The notes under the pieces are model-generated. The model made no database searches, was not told the origin of the DNA, and worked only from the letters and a program-made list of their open reading frames with translations. Shown piece after piece: positions 1 through 8,265 of a DNA stretch of 20,000 nucleotides. The stretch is from an uncultured virus (IMG/VR IMGVR_UViG_3300011871_000052) (lineage: Duplodnaviria > Heunggongvirae > Uroviricota > Caudoviricetes), in the IMG/VR virus record IMGVR_UViG_3300011871_000052; one strand, 5' to 3'. How positions within the stretch are numbered: the first letter of the stretch is position 1; every line of letters begins with the position of its first letter. The position numbers were made by a program, and so were the translations under genes.

Positions 1-225
1 TTACCAATAAAGGCTCATTGGTTAAGATGTTCTTAATTTGCTCGATATCATTTTTATAAATAGCAGCAAAGAGGTTAACTAAAGTCATAGTTGTATCCTT
101 ATCTTTTAAAGTAGCTTATTCTAACATTAAAACGTGTAATTTACTAGAAATAAAATTGCTATCTGACTTTATTTTTGGTCATAATGCGTTATACTTTTTA
201 AATAAAAATAATATAGGAGAATTAA

Positions 226-1011
226 ATGAAAAATGCTTATCAAAATATATCAGATATGAATACTGCTTTTGGTAATATTAAGGGGCTTGCTTTAGAAGAA
301 ACAGCAATAAAAGATGCTAAAATCATATCCGATAAGGGTGTCAGTCGTCTTGTTGCCCAAGCAAGGAATCTTTATGATGAACTTGATGAACTAAGAGATG
401 ATGGTTTTACAGTCTTAAGAAAAGATCCTAAGAGCACATCTGGACGTAAAGAAATGTTTGATGCTATAGCAGACCTAATTGTATTTTTATATGGAGTGGG
501 TCATTTTGTTGATATTCCAATTAATAAAAAACATGATTGGTATACAAAACGTTTAGCTGAAGAATTCAAAAATTATAGTTATACTGTTTTTTATGAAAAG
601 ATATATGAAGAAATCAAATCAATGATAGATGAACTTATAGCAGCAATAGAACATAAAGATGTAGAACTTATTGACCTATTCATGCATAGATTAAACTCTA
701 AAATAACAGCTTTATGTTTATCTGAAGCAAAACCCGGATATGATCTTGATCTGCTTATAGATAGAGTTACAGAAAGCAATATGAGCAAATTATGTCGTAA
801 CGATGAAGAGCTTGAAGCAACCCTTAAGTTCTATAGAGATAAGGGTGTAGAAGTTTACAGCAAAGAGTCGCCACTTGTTCAAGAAAGTGGAAAACCATAT
901 CTTGTGGTATATTCAGCTAAAGAGCAAACTGATGCTGATGGAAAAGTATATAGAGCAGATAAGTTCCTTAAAAACATTAACTGGTTTGAACCTGATATTA
1001 CTGATTTCTAA
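226..1011 (+). CDS. MazG-like / all-alpha NTP pyrophosphohydrolase (PRA-PH-like family)
   Basis: 261 aa with SD AGGAG upstream. Acidic helical motifs LYDELDEL and EMFDAIADLIVFLYG plus the family-typical VTESNMSK motif and a C-terminal ..G/DK.LK...W.EP.. segment. Confidence 0.75.
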   Translation: MKNAYQNISDMNTAFGNIKGLALEETAIKDAKIISDKGVSRLVAQARNLYDELDELRDDGFTVLRKDPKSTSGRKEMFDAIADLIVFLYGVGHFVDIPINKKHDWYTKRLAEEFKNYSYTVFYEKIYEEIKSMIDELIAAIEHKDVELIDLFMHRLNSKITALCLSEAKPGYDLDLLIDRVTESNMSKLCRNDEELEATLKFYRDKGVEVYSKESPLVQESGKPYLVVYSAKEQTDADGKVYRADKFLKNINWFEPDITDF

Positions 1012-1030
1012 TAATAAAACCTTAAATAGT

Positions 1031-1055
1031 AAAATAGCCTCTGCGAGGCTATTTT
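1031..1055 (+). terminator. Rho-independent terminator
   Basis: AAAATAGCCTC-TGC-GAGGCTATTTT hairpin followed by a T run, just after the 226..1011 stop. Confidence 0.85.
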
Positions 1056-1108
1056 TTTTATTTAAAATATCGGTTATAATTTAAAATATAAGAAATCAGG
1101 AGTGAGAA

Positions 1109-1639
1109 ATGGAAAAGAGATATTTAGTAGAAAGAAAAGAACTTTATGAAAATCCAATATTTGATATGGAAACCGCCGATAGATATGAAGCATTGTGTAG
1201 AATAGGAAAAATATTCTCTAAATTAAATAATGATGAATCTGCTGTATTAAGTGAATTTATAGATGGAGTTCTACAAGAAGATAATACATTAAGATTCTTT
1301 AAAATGGATGGGATAAAAATAATTCACGATGAAATAAAAAAAGAAAAAAATAATGATTTAGTATTCATAGTAACTGAATCACAAAAAGATGAACCAGCAA
1401 GTATGAAAAAAATATTAGTAACAACGGATAGAGAAAAAGCATTTAATACAGCAAAAGAAGCAATGTTAAAAGATGATCCATATCATGAAGAAATGGTAGG
1501 TATACAAGTTGTAAAAAATATTGAAAATCTTGATGGTATAAATATTGCTGTTTCTAATAAGCAAGGTTTAAGTAATTTTGCCTATAAGTATGGTGTAACA
1601 TTAGATGAGCCTGTTCAAAGAGCTAAAAATAAAATGTAA
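1109..1639 (+). CDS. hypothetical protein (basic C-terminal tail ...QRAKNKM)
   Basis: 176-aa ORF, SD AGGAG, TATAAT at 1075-1080, followed by a terminator. Confidence 0.8.
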   Translation: MEKRYLVERKELYENPIFDMETADRYEALCRIGKIFSKLNNDESAVLSEFIDGVLQEDNTLRFFKMDGIKIIHDEIKKEKNNDLVFIVTESQKDEPASMKKILVTTDREKAFNTAKEAMLKDDPYHEEMVGIQVVKNIENLDGINIAVSNKQGLSNFAYKYGVTLDEPVQRAKNKM

Positions 1640-1644
1640 AAATA

Positions 1645-1670
1645 AATAAGCCACTTGTCAGTGGCTTATT
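1645..1670. terminator. bidirectional Rho-independent terminator
   Basis: AATAAGCCACT-TGTC-AGTGGCTTATT inverted repeat between convergent genes. Confidence 0.8.
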
Positions 1671-2580
1671 CTTTAATGGGGAGATCTAAAATATCTTTAT
1701 CAGATTCAAATAAAAACAATACTTCTGATTTTAATAATCCGACTTCAACGGTTTTTTTAACTATCCAAGCATTTATTTCATAATCAATAATAACCGGATA
1801 TCTAAAATTACATTCAAAACAATCAGAATCTTTATTGATAAAATAATAAGATTGAGACATTTCTCCACTATCTTTTACATCAAATAAAGCAACAGAATGA
1901 TATTTAGAAGGATCATCTTTAATATTATTAACGACATTATAATAATTAGTTAAATAATATAAATCATCTTCACTTTTAAAAATATTAGCAGGTTGTTTCT
2001 TAAAATGTTCTACATAATCTTTAGAAGAATGAAAAATGAGATCTGGAACATCCATTAAATATTTTTCACCGACCTTATAATAACGAATATTATCTAAAAC
2101 AACAGGATCTTCTAATGCTTCAATACACTCATTTTTTTCTCTATTATTTTGAAATAAATGTAGCTCACCATTTTTAAAAATAACAAGAGAACCTTTATTC
2201 TTACCCAACTGCTCATCTGTAAAAATATATTCTTTATTTAAAGTAATATCTTTTAATCCAGATATAGTTTCGTGAGGTTGAAAGCTTTCAATAGCATCTT
2301 TATCAAACAAATAAATATTAATAATTTGTTTACCTTCTTTGCTTTTTATTTGCTTATTCATATAAATAATGATGTTTTTCCAATCAGGATACATTAACAA
2401 AGCTATTTTCTTTTCAAAATCAGAAAATAAAGAAATCTGAACATCTTCATTTAAACCATAACTACGATGGTTTTTATCAGGGAAAAGCTCACTGAAAACT
2501 TGAGCTTCTCGAATAAAGTAATGAGAAGGAACTTCCACTGTTTTAAATGGTTTATGCTTTGCTGTATTTGATTTAATCAT
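1666..2580 (-). CDS. hypothetical protein
   Basis: 304-aa ORF with SD GAGGA. No recognisable motif. Confidence 0.75.
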   Translation of the reverse strand: MIKSNTAKHKPFKTVEVPSHYFIREAQVFSELFPDKNHRSYGLNEDVQISLFSDFEKKIALLMYPDWKNIIIYMNKQIKSKEGKQIINIYLFDKDAIESFQPHETISGLKDITLNKEYIFTDEQLGKNKGSLVIFKNGELHLFQNNREKNECIEALEDPVVLDNIRYYKVGEKYLMDVPDLIFHSSKDYVEHFKKQPANIFKSEDDLYYLTNYYNVVNNIKDDPSKYHSVALFDVKDSGEMSQSYYFINKDSDCFECNFRYPVIIDYEINAWIVKKTVEVGLLKSEVLFLFESDKDILDLPIKE

Positions 2581-2592
2581 ACAATCCTCTGA

Positions 2593-3273
2593 TTAATTAT
2601 AGTTTACATGACTCATGCTTTCTACATGAGATTTTTCTCTATAATATTCAATTTTTCTTATGTCCGAAATAAGAAGTTCATTATTATCGATAATACTCAT
2701 ATATTCAAACTTTAACGTAGCTGAAATATCTAAATTATTAATAGAGTCTCGTAGTTTAGCTTTTTGCGTTTCATTAAGCTTTTGATTAAGCGTTTTCTCT
2801 TTAAAAGAATATTGCTCATCAACATATTTATTAAAGAAATCTTTAGTAGATTTTTCTACAACAAAACGATCTCTATTCCTATCGACAATCCTTCCAAGAA
2901 AATGCTGAATAAAAAAGAACCCAATAAAGGTTAATAAAAATATAGACCAATATGNNNNNNNNNNCATTAAAATAAACGGAGCAATAAGTCTATAGAGGAA
3001 AGGCTGAGTATATTGAAAATAAGGAGAATTCGCCTTTTTATTAGCTAAGTAAATATTTTTTGTTAGCCATAATCCCTTTTTATTTTTGATCAGAGGAGTA
3101 TTATTGTAAGCAAGATATACTTCATCCCCAATAGAACAAGTTCCTATTTTTTCATTATCAAAAATAATAGTATGTCGTTTACCATTCTCTTCTTGAATAG
3201 TATATATTTCTTTTTTATCGTTTACTTTATCAATAGAGATAAGTTTTCCACGCAGAGTTTTTCTAAAAATCAT
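2593..3273 (-). CDS. membrane protein, probable dispersed member of the 9.1-12.7 kb paralog family (interrupted by N gap 2955-2964)
   Basis: N-terminal beta-rich segment (LRGKLISIDK...IGDEVYLAY), hydrophobic helices either side of the gap, charged C-terminus. True length is uncertain because of the gap. Confidence 0.65.
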   Translation of the reverse strand: MIFRKTLRGKLISIDKVNDKKEIYTIQEENGKRHTIIFDNEKIGTCSIGDEVYLAYNNTPLIKNKKGLWLTKNIYLANKKANSPYFQYTQPFLYRLIAPFILMXXXXYWSIFLLTFIGFFFIQHFLGRIVDRNRDRFVVEKSTKDFFNKYVDEQYSFKEKTLNQKLNETQKAKLRDSINNLDISATLKFEYMSIIDNNELLISDIRKIEYYREKSHVESMSHVNYN

Positions 3274-3345
3274 ATAAGGTGCCTTTTTAACATTAAAAAT
3301 ATAGTAGAAAAGATATCATAAATTTAATACTATAGTCAAAAATAG

Positions 3346-3366
3346 ATAGTGGGGGTTACCCACTAT
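3346..3366 (-). terminator. Rho-independent terminator
   Basis: ATAGTGGG-GGTTA-CCCACTAT hairpin right after the 3369 stop, with a T-rich tail on the minus strand. Confidence 0.7.
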
Positions 3367-3368
3367 AT

Positions 3369-4199
3369 TTAAGGATTGATTTCAATAAAACTTCTTTCAG
3401 GATTATCATCGACAGAAATATGATAGTCCTTCGGATTAGAAAATATTCTGGTTGTTCCCATATGATAATCAAAAGGGTAATGAACATGACCATGAATCCA
3501 CATCAAAATATTAGGATTTTTTATTATAAAATCATCCAGATTAGAAGTATAAAATTGTGTATATTGTGATTTAGGATCATCAACGGGATCTGTAGTAATA
3601 CTTGTTGGAGCATGGTGTGAAACAACAACAACAGGCTCTAAAGAGTTATAAACTTCATTCTTTATCCAAGTAAAATCTTCTACATGTTCTTTAACCCAAT
3701 GATTAGTTCTAAATTTACTAAAATAAGGGCCATCATTATATTTTATATACTTAAAATCGCCAGTGGTATCTTCGTAAAAATGATACAGTTTAGGCTCATG
3801 ATTAAAATCAGTCCACAATGTAGCTCCTACAAACTTAACCCCGTCAATTACAATAGATGGAGTGTATCTTGACAGGATATGAAGATTTTTAATATGAGAC
3901 AACATTTCAACAATTTTGAGAATGTAGTTTTTTCCCAGCTTATACATGTAAAATTCATGATTACCAAAAACATAAATAACATGCTTAAAACGGTTCGCCA
4001 GTTCTTCAAGATATTGAACATAACGAATATCTTTAAGGTCTTTTAGATAAATCAAATCTCCAGCAATAACCAGAGTTTGCTGTTTTTCATCTTTATAAAC
4101 AGCCATGTGGAATGGTTCTTTGAAGAACTTAGCAGGCTCTTTATTTGTTGTTTGATATTCTTGGTGTATATCAGAATATACACGAATGTTGCATGTCAT
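3369..4199 (-). CDS. calcineurin-like metallophosphoesterase
   Basis: Canonical motifs SDIH, IAGDL, GNHE, SHH and HGHVH in the correct order. Confidence 0.92.
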   Translation of the reverse strand: MTCNIRVYSDIHQEYQTTNKEPAKFFKEPFHMAVYKDEKQQTLVIAGDLIYLKDLKDIRYVQYLEELANRFKHVIYVFGNHEFYMYKLGKNYILKIVEMLSHIKNLHILSRYTPSIVIDGVKFVGATLWTDFNHEPKLYHFYEDTTGDFKYIKYNDGPYFSKFRTNHWVKEHVEDFTWIKNEVYNSLEPVVVVSHHAPTSITTDPVDDPKSQYTQFYTSNLDDFIIKNPNILMWIHGHVHYPFDYHMGTTRIFSNPKDYHISVDDNPERSFIEINP

Positions 4200-4330
4200 T
4201 GTACATAATCCTTATTAAAGTTTATAAAAAGATTATATAGAAATATTGAGTCTAAATAAAGAAAAAAGTTGTAACTCTAAGAAAAGTTTGTTATATTAAA
4301 GACCTTAACACATAAAGCCGAGGATATAAT

Positions 4331-4513
4331 ATGAGTAATTTTAAAGTAGTAACTGGGAAAGAAATGGCTTATCGTGTTTGGGATAAGTTGATGGGTGAGT
4401 ATGATAATAGCATTGTGGTAAATTCAGAAGGTTCGTTGATTAAACATAATGATGAAATGAATGGTGCTATTGTTGATAATGTTCAGCGATACGAAATTCA
4501 TAAATTTGAGTAA
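4331..4513 (+). CDS. small protein, possibly YopX-like N-terminal domain
   Basis: 60 aa with SD GAGGA, followed by a terminator. YRVWDK resembles the FRAWDK start of phage YopX proteins (weak). Confidence 0.6.
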   Translation: MSNFKVVTGKEMAYRVWDKLMGEYDNSIVVNSEGSLIKHNDEMNGAIVDNVQRYEIHKFE

Positions 4514-4519
4514 AAAAAG

Positions 4520-4541
4520 AAAAGCACCTCACGGTGCTTTT
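4520..4541. terminator. bidirectional Rho-independent terminator
   Basis: AAAAGCACC-TCAC-GGTGCTTTT with A/T runs on both sides, between convergent genes. Confidence 0.9.
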
Positions 4542-4542
4542 T

Positions 4543-4761
4543 TTATGCTTTTTCTAAATGAGATCTTTGCTCTTGAGCTTGGTTAGATTTCTTTAACTCT
4601 TTTACAACTTCATCTAACTTCTCATTTTGTATCTTGAGTTGTTTTAGAATCTCTTTCTGAACATTTTGCTCTTGTGGTGATAATGTTACTGGAGATGCTG
4701 CATAAGCAGTTGTTGATAAAAGTAAGGTACCTAATATAACGCTAACAATTGTTTTTCTCAT
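4543..4761 (-). CDS. small exported coiled-coil protein
   Basis: 72 aa. Sec signal peptide MRKTIVSVILGTLLLSTTAYA-A followed by a Q/K/E-rich heptad-like helix. SD GAGGA. Confidence 0.8.
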   Translation of the reverse strand: MRKTIVSVILGTLLLSTTAYAASPVTLSPQEQNVQKEILKQLKIQNEKLDEVVKELKKSNQAQEQRSHLEKA

Positions 4762-4837
4762 AATATATTCCTCAAATAATAATCATAAATAGAATAAATA
4801 TTATACTTAAAGGAATATAAATAATTCAATTAAATAG

Positions 4838-5441
4838 TTATCTGATTATCAAATCCCTACCATGAGTATATTTTGTATGAGGGTAAACAGGTTTAGCATT
4901 ATACCATTTATTAGTATTAAATGAGTTTTTTATCATTTCAAGATAGCTAGTTGCTGCTAAATCTCTTGTCTGATCAATAATTTTTTGTTTCTCAACATCT
5001 GAAACTTGATAAACTTGAGAAACCATTATTTTTCTATCAGCATTTAACATCTGATTAAGGAATACACATTGATAAAATGAAAGGCGTTGTTCAGAAGACT
5101 GNNNNNNNNNNNNNNNNNNNNNNNNNNNNNNNNNNNNNNNNNNNNNNNNNNNNNNNNNNNNNNNNNNNNNNNNNNNNNNNNNNNNNNNNNNNNNNNNNNN
5201 NNNNNNNNNNNNNNNNNNNNNNNNNNNNNNNNNNNNNNNNNNNNNNNNNNNNNNNNNNNNNNNNNTGTTCAGGGAATAAAGCAATATAAGCAGGGACTGC
5301 TGTATCACCAAAATGTTCTCCTGCTTTATTTATTTTTTGTTGAGATTTAACTGGAAGGTCTCCATTATTTGCAGTATTATTTCCTGCACATCCCGTAATT
5401 CCTATACTGATCAAAGCTATTGCGATAATACTTTTATTCAT
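4838..5441 (-). CDS. lipoprotein spanning the N gap (5102-5265)
   Basis: Start MNKSIIAIALISIGITG-C (lipobox) at 5441 with SD AAGGA. The reading frame resumes after the gap (QSSEQRLSF...DLIIR*) and ends at 4838. The two ORF-track pieces are probably one gene with a mis-sized gap. Confidence 0.65.
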
Positions 5442-5507
5442 AATCTTATTCCTTTTATATCGATTCATAAAGGAATATATACCTAATTTTTACGATTTTG
5501 GCAAATG

Positions 5508-5531
5508 AAAAAGGCGCTTAAGCGCCTTTTT
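5508..5531 (-). terminator. Rho-independent terminator (perfect palindrome)
   Basis: AAAAAGGCGCTTAAGCGCCTTTTT directly after the 5540 stop. Confidence 0.85.
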
Positions 5532-5539
5532 TAAGATTG

Positions 5540-6220
5540 TTACCGATATCTACGGGGTTTTAGAAGGTCTTGTTTATATTTTTCACCGATAGGCCCAAAA
5601 TAATGAGAAGCATGATCGCCGCCAGCACCATCATATCCTTCATTTTCACGATTATATTCACTATTATAGAAGAATACACCGCCCGTACCTCTGGTCCATT
5701 CTACTTTAGCAAATACCTTTTTAAAGGTTTTACCAAGAATATTAATCCAAGCCTGATCTACTGAATGGTTGTTTTCTTCAACACGCCAATTAAACTCTTT
5801 GGTATCAGGAGAAAAAGTAACGTAAGCTGCTGAATCACTGTATTCATTTTCAGATAATGATACATGCTTAAAAGATTTTTTAGTTGGTTTTACAATAGTC
5901 GTTTTTGTTTTACCATCAATAGTCTTTGTAGAAACTAAAGATTGAAAAATTTTATCGTAAGTTGTTTCATCTTCGTTTTTAAGTCTTTGCTGCAGAAAAT
6001 CATGAGCAATACAATATGCTGGGTTTCTAGAACCCTTATGAAGATCTTTATTTTTCTTAGTTTTAGCAACATATTCTTTCATAGGTTCATAAAGTGCTAC
6101 CGCTTTATTAAAACTTGTATCAAGCCAAGCATTATAAGATTCAGCAAACGCTCGACGAACACGAGAGAATTCTTTTGTAGATAGTTTGATTGTACCGTAT
6201 TCATATTCATAGCAAGACAT
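5540..6220 (-). CDS. hypothetical protein (basic C-terminal tail ...KPRRYR)
   Basis: 226 aa, SD GGAG, own terminator. Conserved-looking WRVEENNH and WTRGTGG motifs but no assignable function. Confidence 0.85.
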   Translation of the reverse strand: MSCYEYEYGTIKLSTKEFSRVRRAFAESYNAWLDTSFNKAVALYEPMKEYVAKTKKNKDLHKGSRNPAYCIAHDFLQQRLKNEDETTYDKIFQSLVSTKTIDGKTKTTIVKPTKKSFKHVSLSENEYSDSAAYVTFSPDTKEFNWRVEENNHSVDQAWINILGKTFKKVFAKVEWTRGTGGVFFYNSEYNRENEGYDGAGGDHASHYFGPIGEKYKQDLLKPRRYR

Positions 6221-6319
6221 ATCATTTCTCCAAGAAGGTAATCACATTTGATGAAAAGATTATAACATTTAGCCTTTTCTAACTCTAGCTTTTTTTGTAT
6301 TTTTATACATAAAAATAAA

Positions 6320-6348
6320 TTGACTTATAAAAAGAATAGTTATATTAT
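6320..6348 (+). promoter_or_regulatory. sigma70-like promoter
   Basis: TTGACT (6320-6325), 17-nt spacer, TATTAT (6343-6348). Confidence 0.75.
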
Positions 6349-6353
6349 ATGTG

Positions 6354-6480
6354 AGTATAACTTGCTAATCTCCGTAATAGCATAGTAATACAATATAGAC
6401 TCCTGTTTAGTAGTTGTTATAGTTATTAGTTATTTAGTTTTTGTGTAAGTTTAAAGCCTCCTTCGGGAGGCTTAGTTTTT
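6354..6480 (+). ncRNA. candidate small RNA (~125 nt)
   Basis: Bounded by the promoter above and a strong terminator, with no credible ORF. Two small hairpins present CUCC in or at the edge of their loops. Confidence 0.55.
6454..6480 (+). terminator. Rho-independent terminator with UUCG tetraloop
   Basis: AAGCCTCC-TTCG-GGAGGCTT followed by AGTTTTT. Confidence 0.9.
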
Positions 6481-6511
6481 GCATAAACAAATACAATAAT
6501 TTCAAAAAATC

Positions 6512-6540
6512 TAGACATGATAGTTCCTTATTGCTATAAT
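6512..6540 (+). promoter_or_regulatory. sigma70-like promoter (extended -10)
   Basis: TAGACA, 17-nt spacer ending in TGC, TATAAT, upstream of the 6571 start. Confidence 0.7.
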
Positions 6541-6570
6541 AAGAATATCAAATGTAAAAGAGGATTTAAC

Positions 6571-7563
6571 ATGAAATATTTAGGTTTCAAAACAGAGCAA
6601 GAGTTGCTAATTGTTAGAGGTCATCCCGGCAGTGGAAAAACAAAATTATCTAATGAATATGAATTAAACGGATATCAATCATTTGAAAATGATGCTTACT
6701 TTACAGATAGCAATGGTATATATAAGTTTGATTTAGCTAACCATCAAAAAGCAAAAGATGTATGTCTACAAAAAACTAAAAAAGCCTTAGATAAAGGGTT
6801 TAATGTCGTTGTAAGTAATACTTTTACTAAACTTTCGGAAATGGAACCTTTTATTAGTTATGCTAAAGAAAAAGGGATTCCTGTAAGAGTGATTGAAATG
6901 GAATTGAATTTTGAAAATGTTCACTCAGTTCCAGAACAAGTAGTTATAGATAAAAAGAATCAGTTTGAACCATTTGAAGGAGCAATAAGAGTCAATAATC
7001 CATGTTATAGAGTTGTTCCTGATGAAGATGTTGAAATTTTCCAATATCAATCTGATGTATCTTCTTATGATGGTACAGAAGAACTTCCAAAATATCATGT
7101 AGCAGATACATTAGGTAAGTTAAAAAAAGTTTTAAATCACATGAATGAACATATTCTTGATTTTCAAAAAACAGCGATGCATGAAGATAAGTTGCATTTA
7201 TTAGAATCAGATAAGGAAGATTACAAAAATTTAAAACAAGTATCTGATCTATTATCTGATGGTTATGTTGATGAAGCTCTAAAGAAAATAAAAAAACTTG
7301 ATACCTATGTAAAAGATGTTATTCCTTCTGATTTGGTTATCCTTTTAGGAGGTAATGTTTTTGATGAAAAACAAAACTCATCTCGTTTCAATGATATGAG
7401 TAACAAAGAGATAAAAGAAAGTTTTACAAATATATTAAAAGCGTATAAAGAAAACCCTGAGAAAGGGAAAGAATTGGATGCTGATTTTACTACTAAGTTT
7501 TTTGTCGATGCTGAGATGATGCTAAAATTTGAAGACACAAGAAAAAGAAGATTAGGTTATTAA
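6571..7563 (+). CDS. P-loop kinase (AAA_33 / polynucleotide-kinase-like) fused to an uncharacterised C-terminal domain
   Basis: Walker A GHPGSGKT, then END(AYF), VVVSNTF and the NVHSVPEQVV lid motif. Start moved to 6571 (SD GAGGA). About 190 extra C-terminal residues ending ...RKRRLGY. Confidence 0.8.
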   Translation: MKYLGFKTEQELLIVRGHPGSGKTKLSNEYELNGYQSFENDAYFTDSNGIYKFDLANHQKAKDVCLQKTKKALDKGFNVVVSNTFTKLSEMEPFISYAKEKGIPVRVIEMELNFENVHSVPEQVVIDKKNQFEPFEGAIRVNNPCYRVVPDEDVEIFQYQSDVSSYDGTEELPKYHVADTLGKLKKVLNHMNEHILDFQKTAMHEDKLHLLESDKEDYKNLKQVSDLLSDGYVDEALKKIKKLDTYVKDVIPSDLVILLGGNVFDEKQNSSRFNDMSNKEIKESFTNILKAYKENPEKGKELDADFTTKFFVDAEMMLKFEDTRKRRLGY

Positions 7564-7610
7564 ATATTTTGTAAATAAATCAAAAATATAAAATATGGAG
7601 TAATATTTTC

Positions 7611-7639
7611 TTGATTTTTTAAATTTAACAATCTATAAT
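7611..7639 (+). promoter_or_regulatory. sigma70-like promoter
   Basis: TTGATT, 17-nt spacer, TATAAT. Confidence 0.7.
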
Positions 7640-7697
7640 GAGTGTGTTGTAAAAGGTTGTCTATATTTTAATTTAATAACTAATAAGAGAGGTTTAT

Positions 7698-7811
7698 ATG
7701 TTCGGAGCATTAATAGTTGGTGGTATCGTAGGTGGTTTGGCTGTAGCATTCTTCCGTGATCATCCTACCGTTGTAAAAGTTCACGAAAAACTTAGATCAC
7801 TTGTATCTTAA
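7698..7811 (+). CDS. 37-aa single-pass membrane peptide (not in ORF track)
   Basis: MFGALIVGGIVGGLAVAFFRDHPTVVKVHEKLRSLVS*. Strong SD GAGAGG, own promoter and terminator. Confidence 0.8.
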   Translation: MFGALIVGGIVGGLAVAFFRDHPTVVKVHEKLRSLVS

Positions 7812-7827
7812 TTTTCGAAAGTTTTAA

Positions 7828-7849
7828 AAAAGCACCTTCGGGTGCTTTT
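7828..7849 (+). terminator. Rho-independent terminator with UUCG tetraloop
   Basis: AAAAGCACC-TTCG-GGTGCTTTT followed by ATTTT. Confidence 0.9.
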
Positions 7850-7901
7850 ATTTTGGCAAAAATATAGTATAAACAAAAAAGATTAAAACAAAGGATAAAA
7901 A

Positions 7902-8231
7902 ATGAAAAAAGATTTAGTGTATTTGCCAAAGAATAGTATATGTATTGAAATATCAAAAGAAGATTTGAATAAAGCGGTTGTTTTGCTAAATGGAGAGAAT
8001 ATTTTTGAAGCTCATTTTATTCATTATCTAAAAGATAGAATAGAAAATAAAATGTATAGATATAAGAGCACAAATGAGCACGAAGATTTTATTAAAGAAA
8101 TAAAAAGAGAAATACTAAATCAAGGTAAGACGTTTAACGTAATTTATTCTCAAGAAATTTTATCATTATTATATCCAGAAAAACCAAAAGAAGAAGAAAT
8201 AGATTTTGCATCTCTTGGTATGATAATGTAA
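7902..8231 (+). CDS. hypothetical protein
   Basis: 109 aa with SD AAGGA, ending at a bidirectional terminator. Confidence 0.7.
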   Translation: MKKDLVYLPKNSICIEISKEDLNKAVVLLNGENIFEAHFIHYLKDRIENKMYRYKSTNEHEDFIKEIKREILNQGKTFNVIYSQEILSLLYPEKPKEEEIDFASLGMIM

Positions 8232-8235
8232 AAAG

Positions 8236-8262
8236 AAAGGCTTAGTCAACTAAGCCTTTTTT
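8236..8262. terminator. bidirectional Rho-independent terminator
   Basis: AAAGGCTTAGT-CA-ACTAAGCCTTT inverted repeat between convergent genes. Confidence 0.85.
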
Positions 8263-8265
8263 ATT

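Noticed and set aside
1..88. Partial minus-strand gene starting at about 88 (ATG with upstream AAGGA) and running off the left edge
   Set aside because: Plausible 5' end of a gene, but under 30 codons are visible, too little to support a call.
5077..5350. ORFs 5077..5289, 5087..5350 and an apparent frameshift in the lipoprotein gene
   Set aside because: Artefacts of the N gap at 5102-5265. The gap length is an estimate, so there is no evidence for a pseudogene or programmed frameshift.
6340..6410. Minus-strand mini-ORF or CsrA-sponge reading (CAGGAG, ACGGAG) of the 6.35-6.48 kb element
   Set aside because: The promoter and the UUCG-capped terminator both favour the plus strand. Only two GGA sites and ORFs under 20 codons are present on the minus strand.
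4520..7849. Near-identical hairpins AAAAGCACC-N4-GGTGCTTTT at 4520 and 7828 as a mobile repeat
   Set aside because: Both sit directly after stop codons and are adequately explained as ordinary intrinsic terminators.
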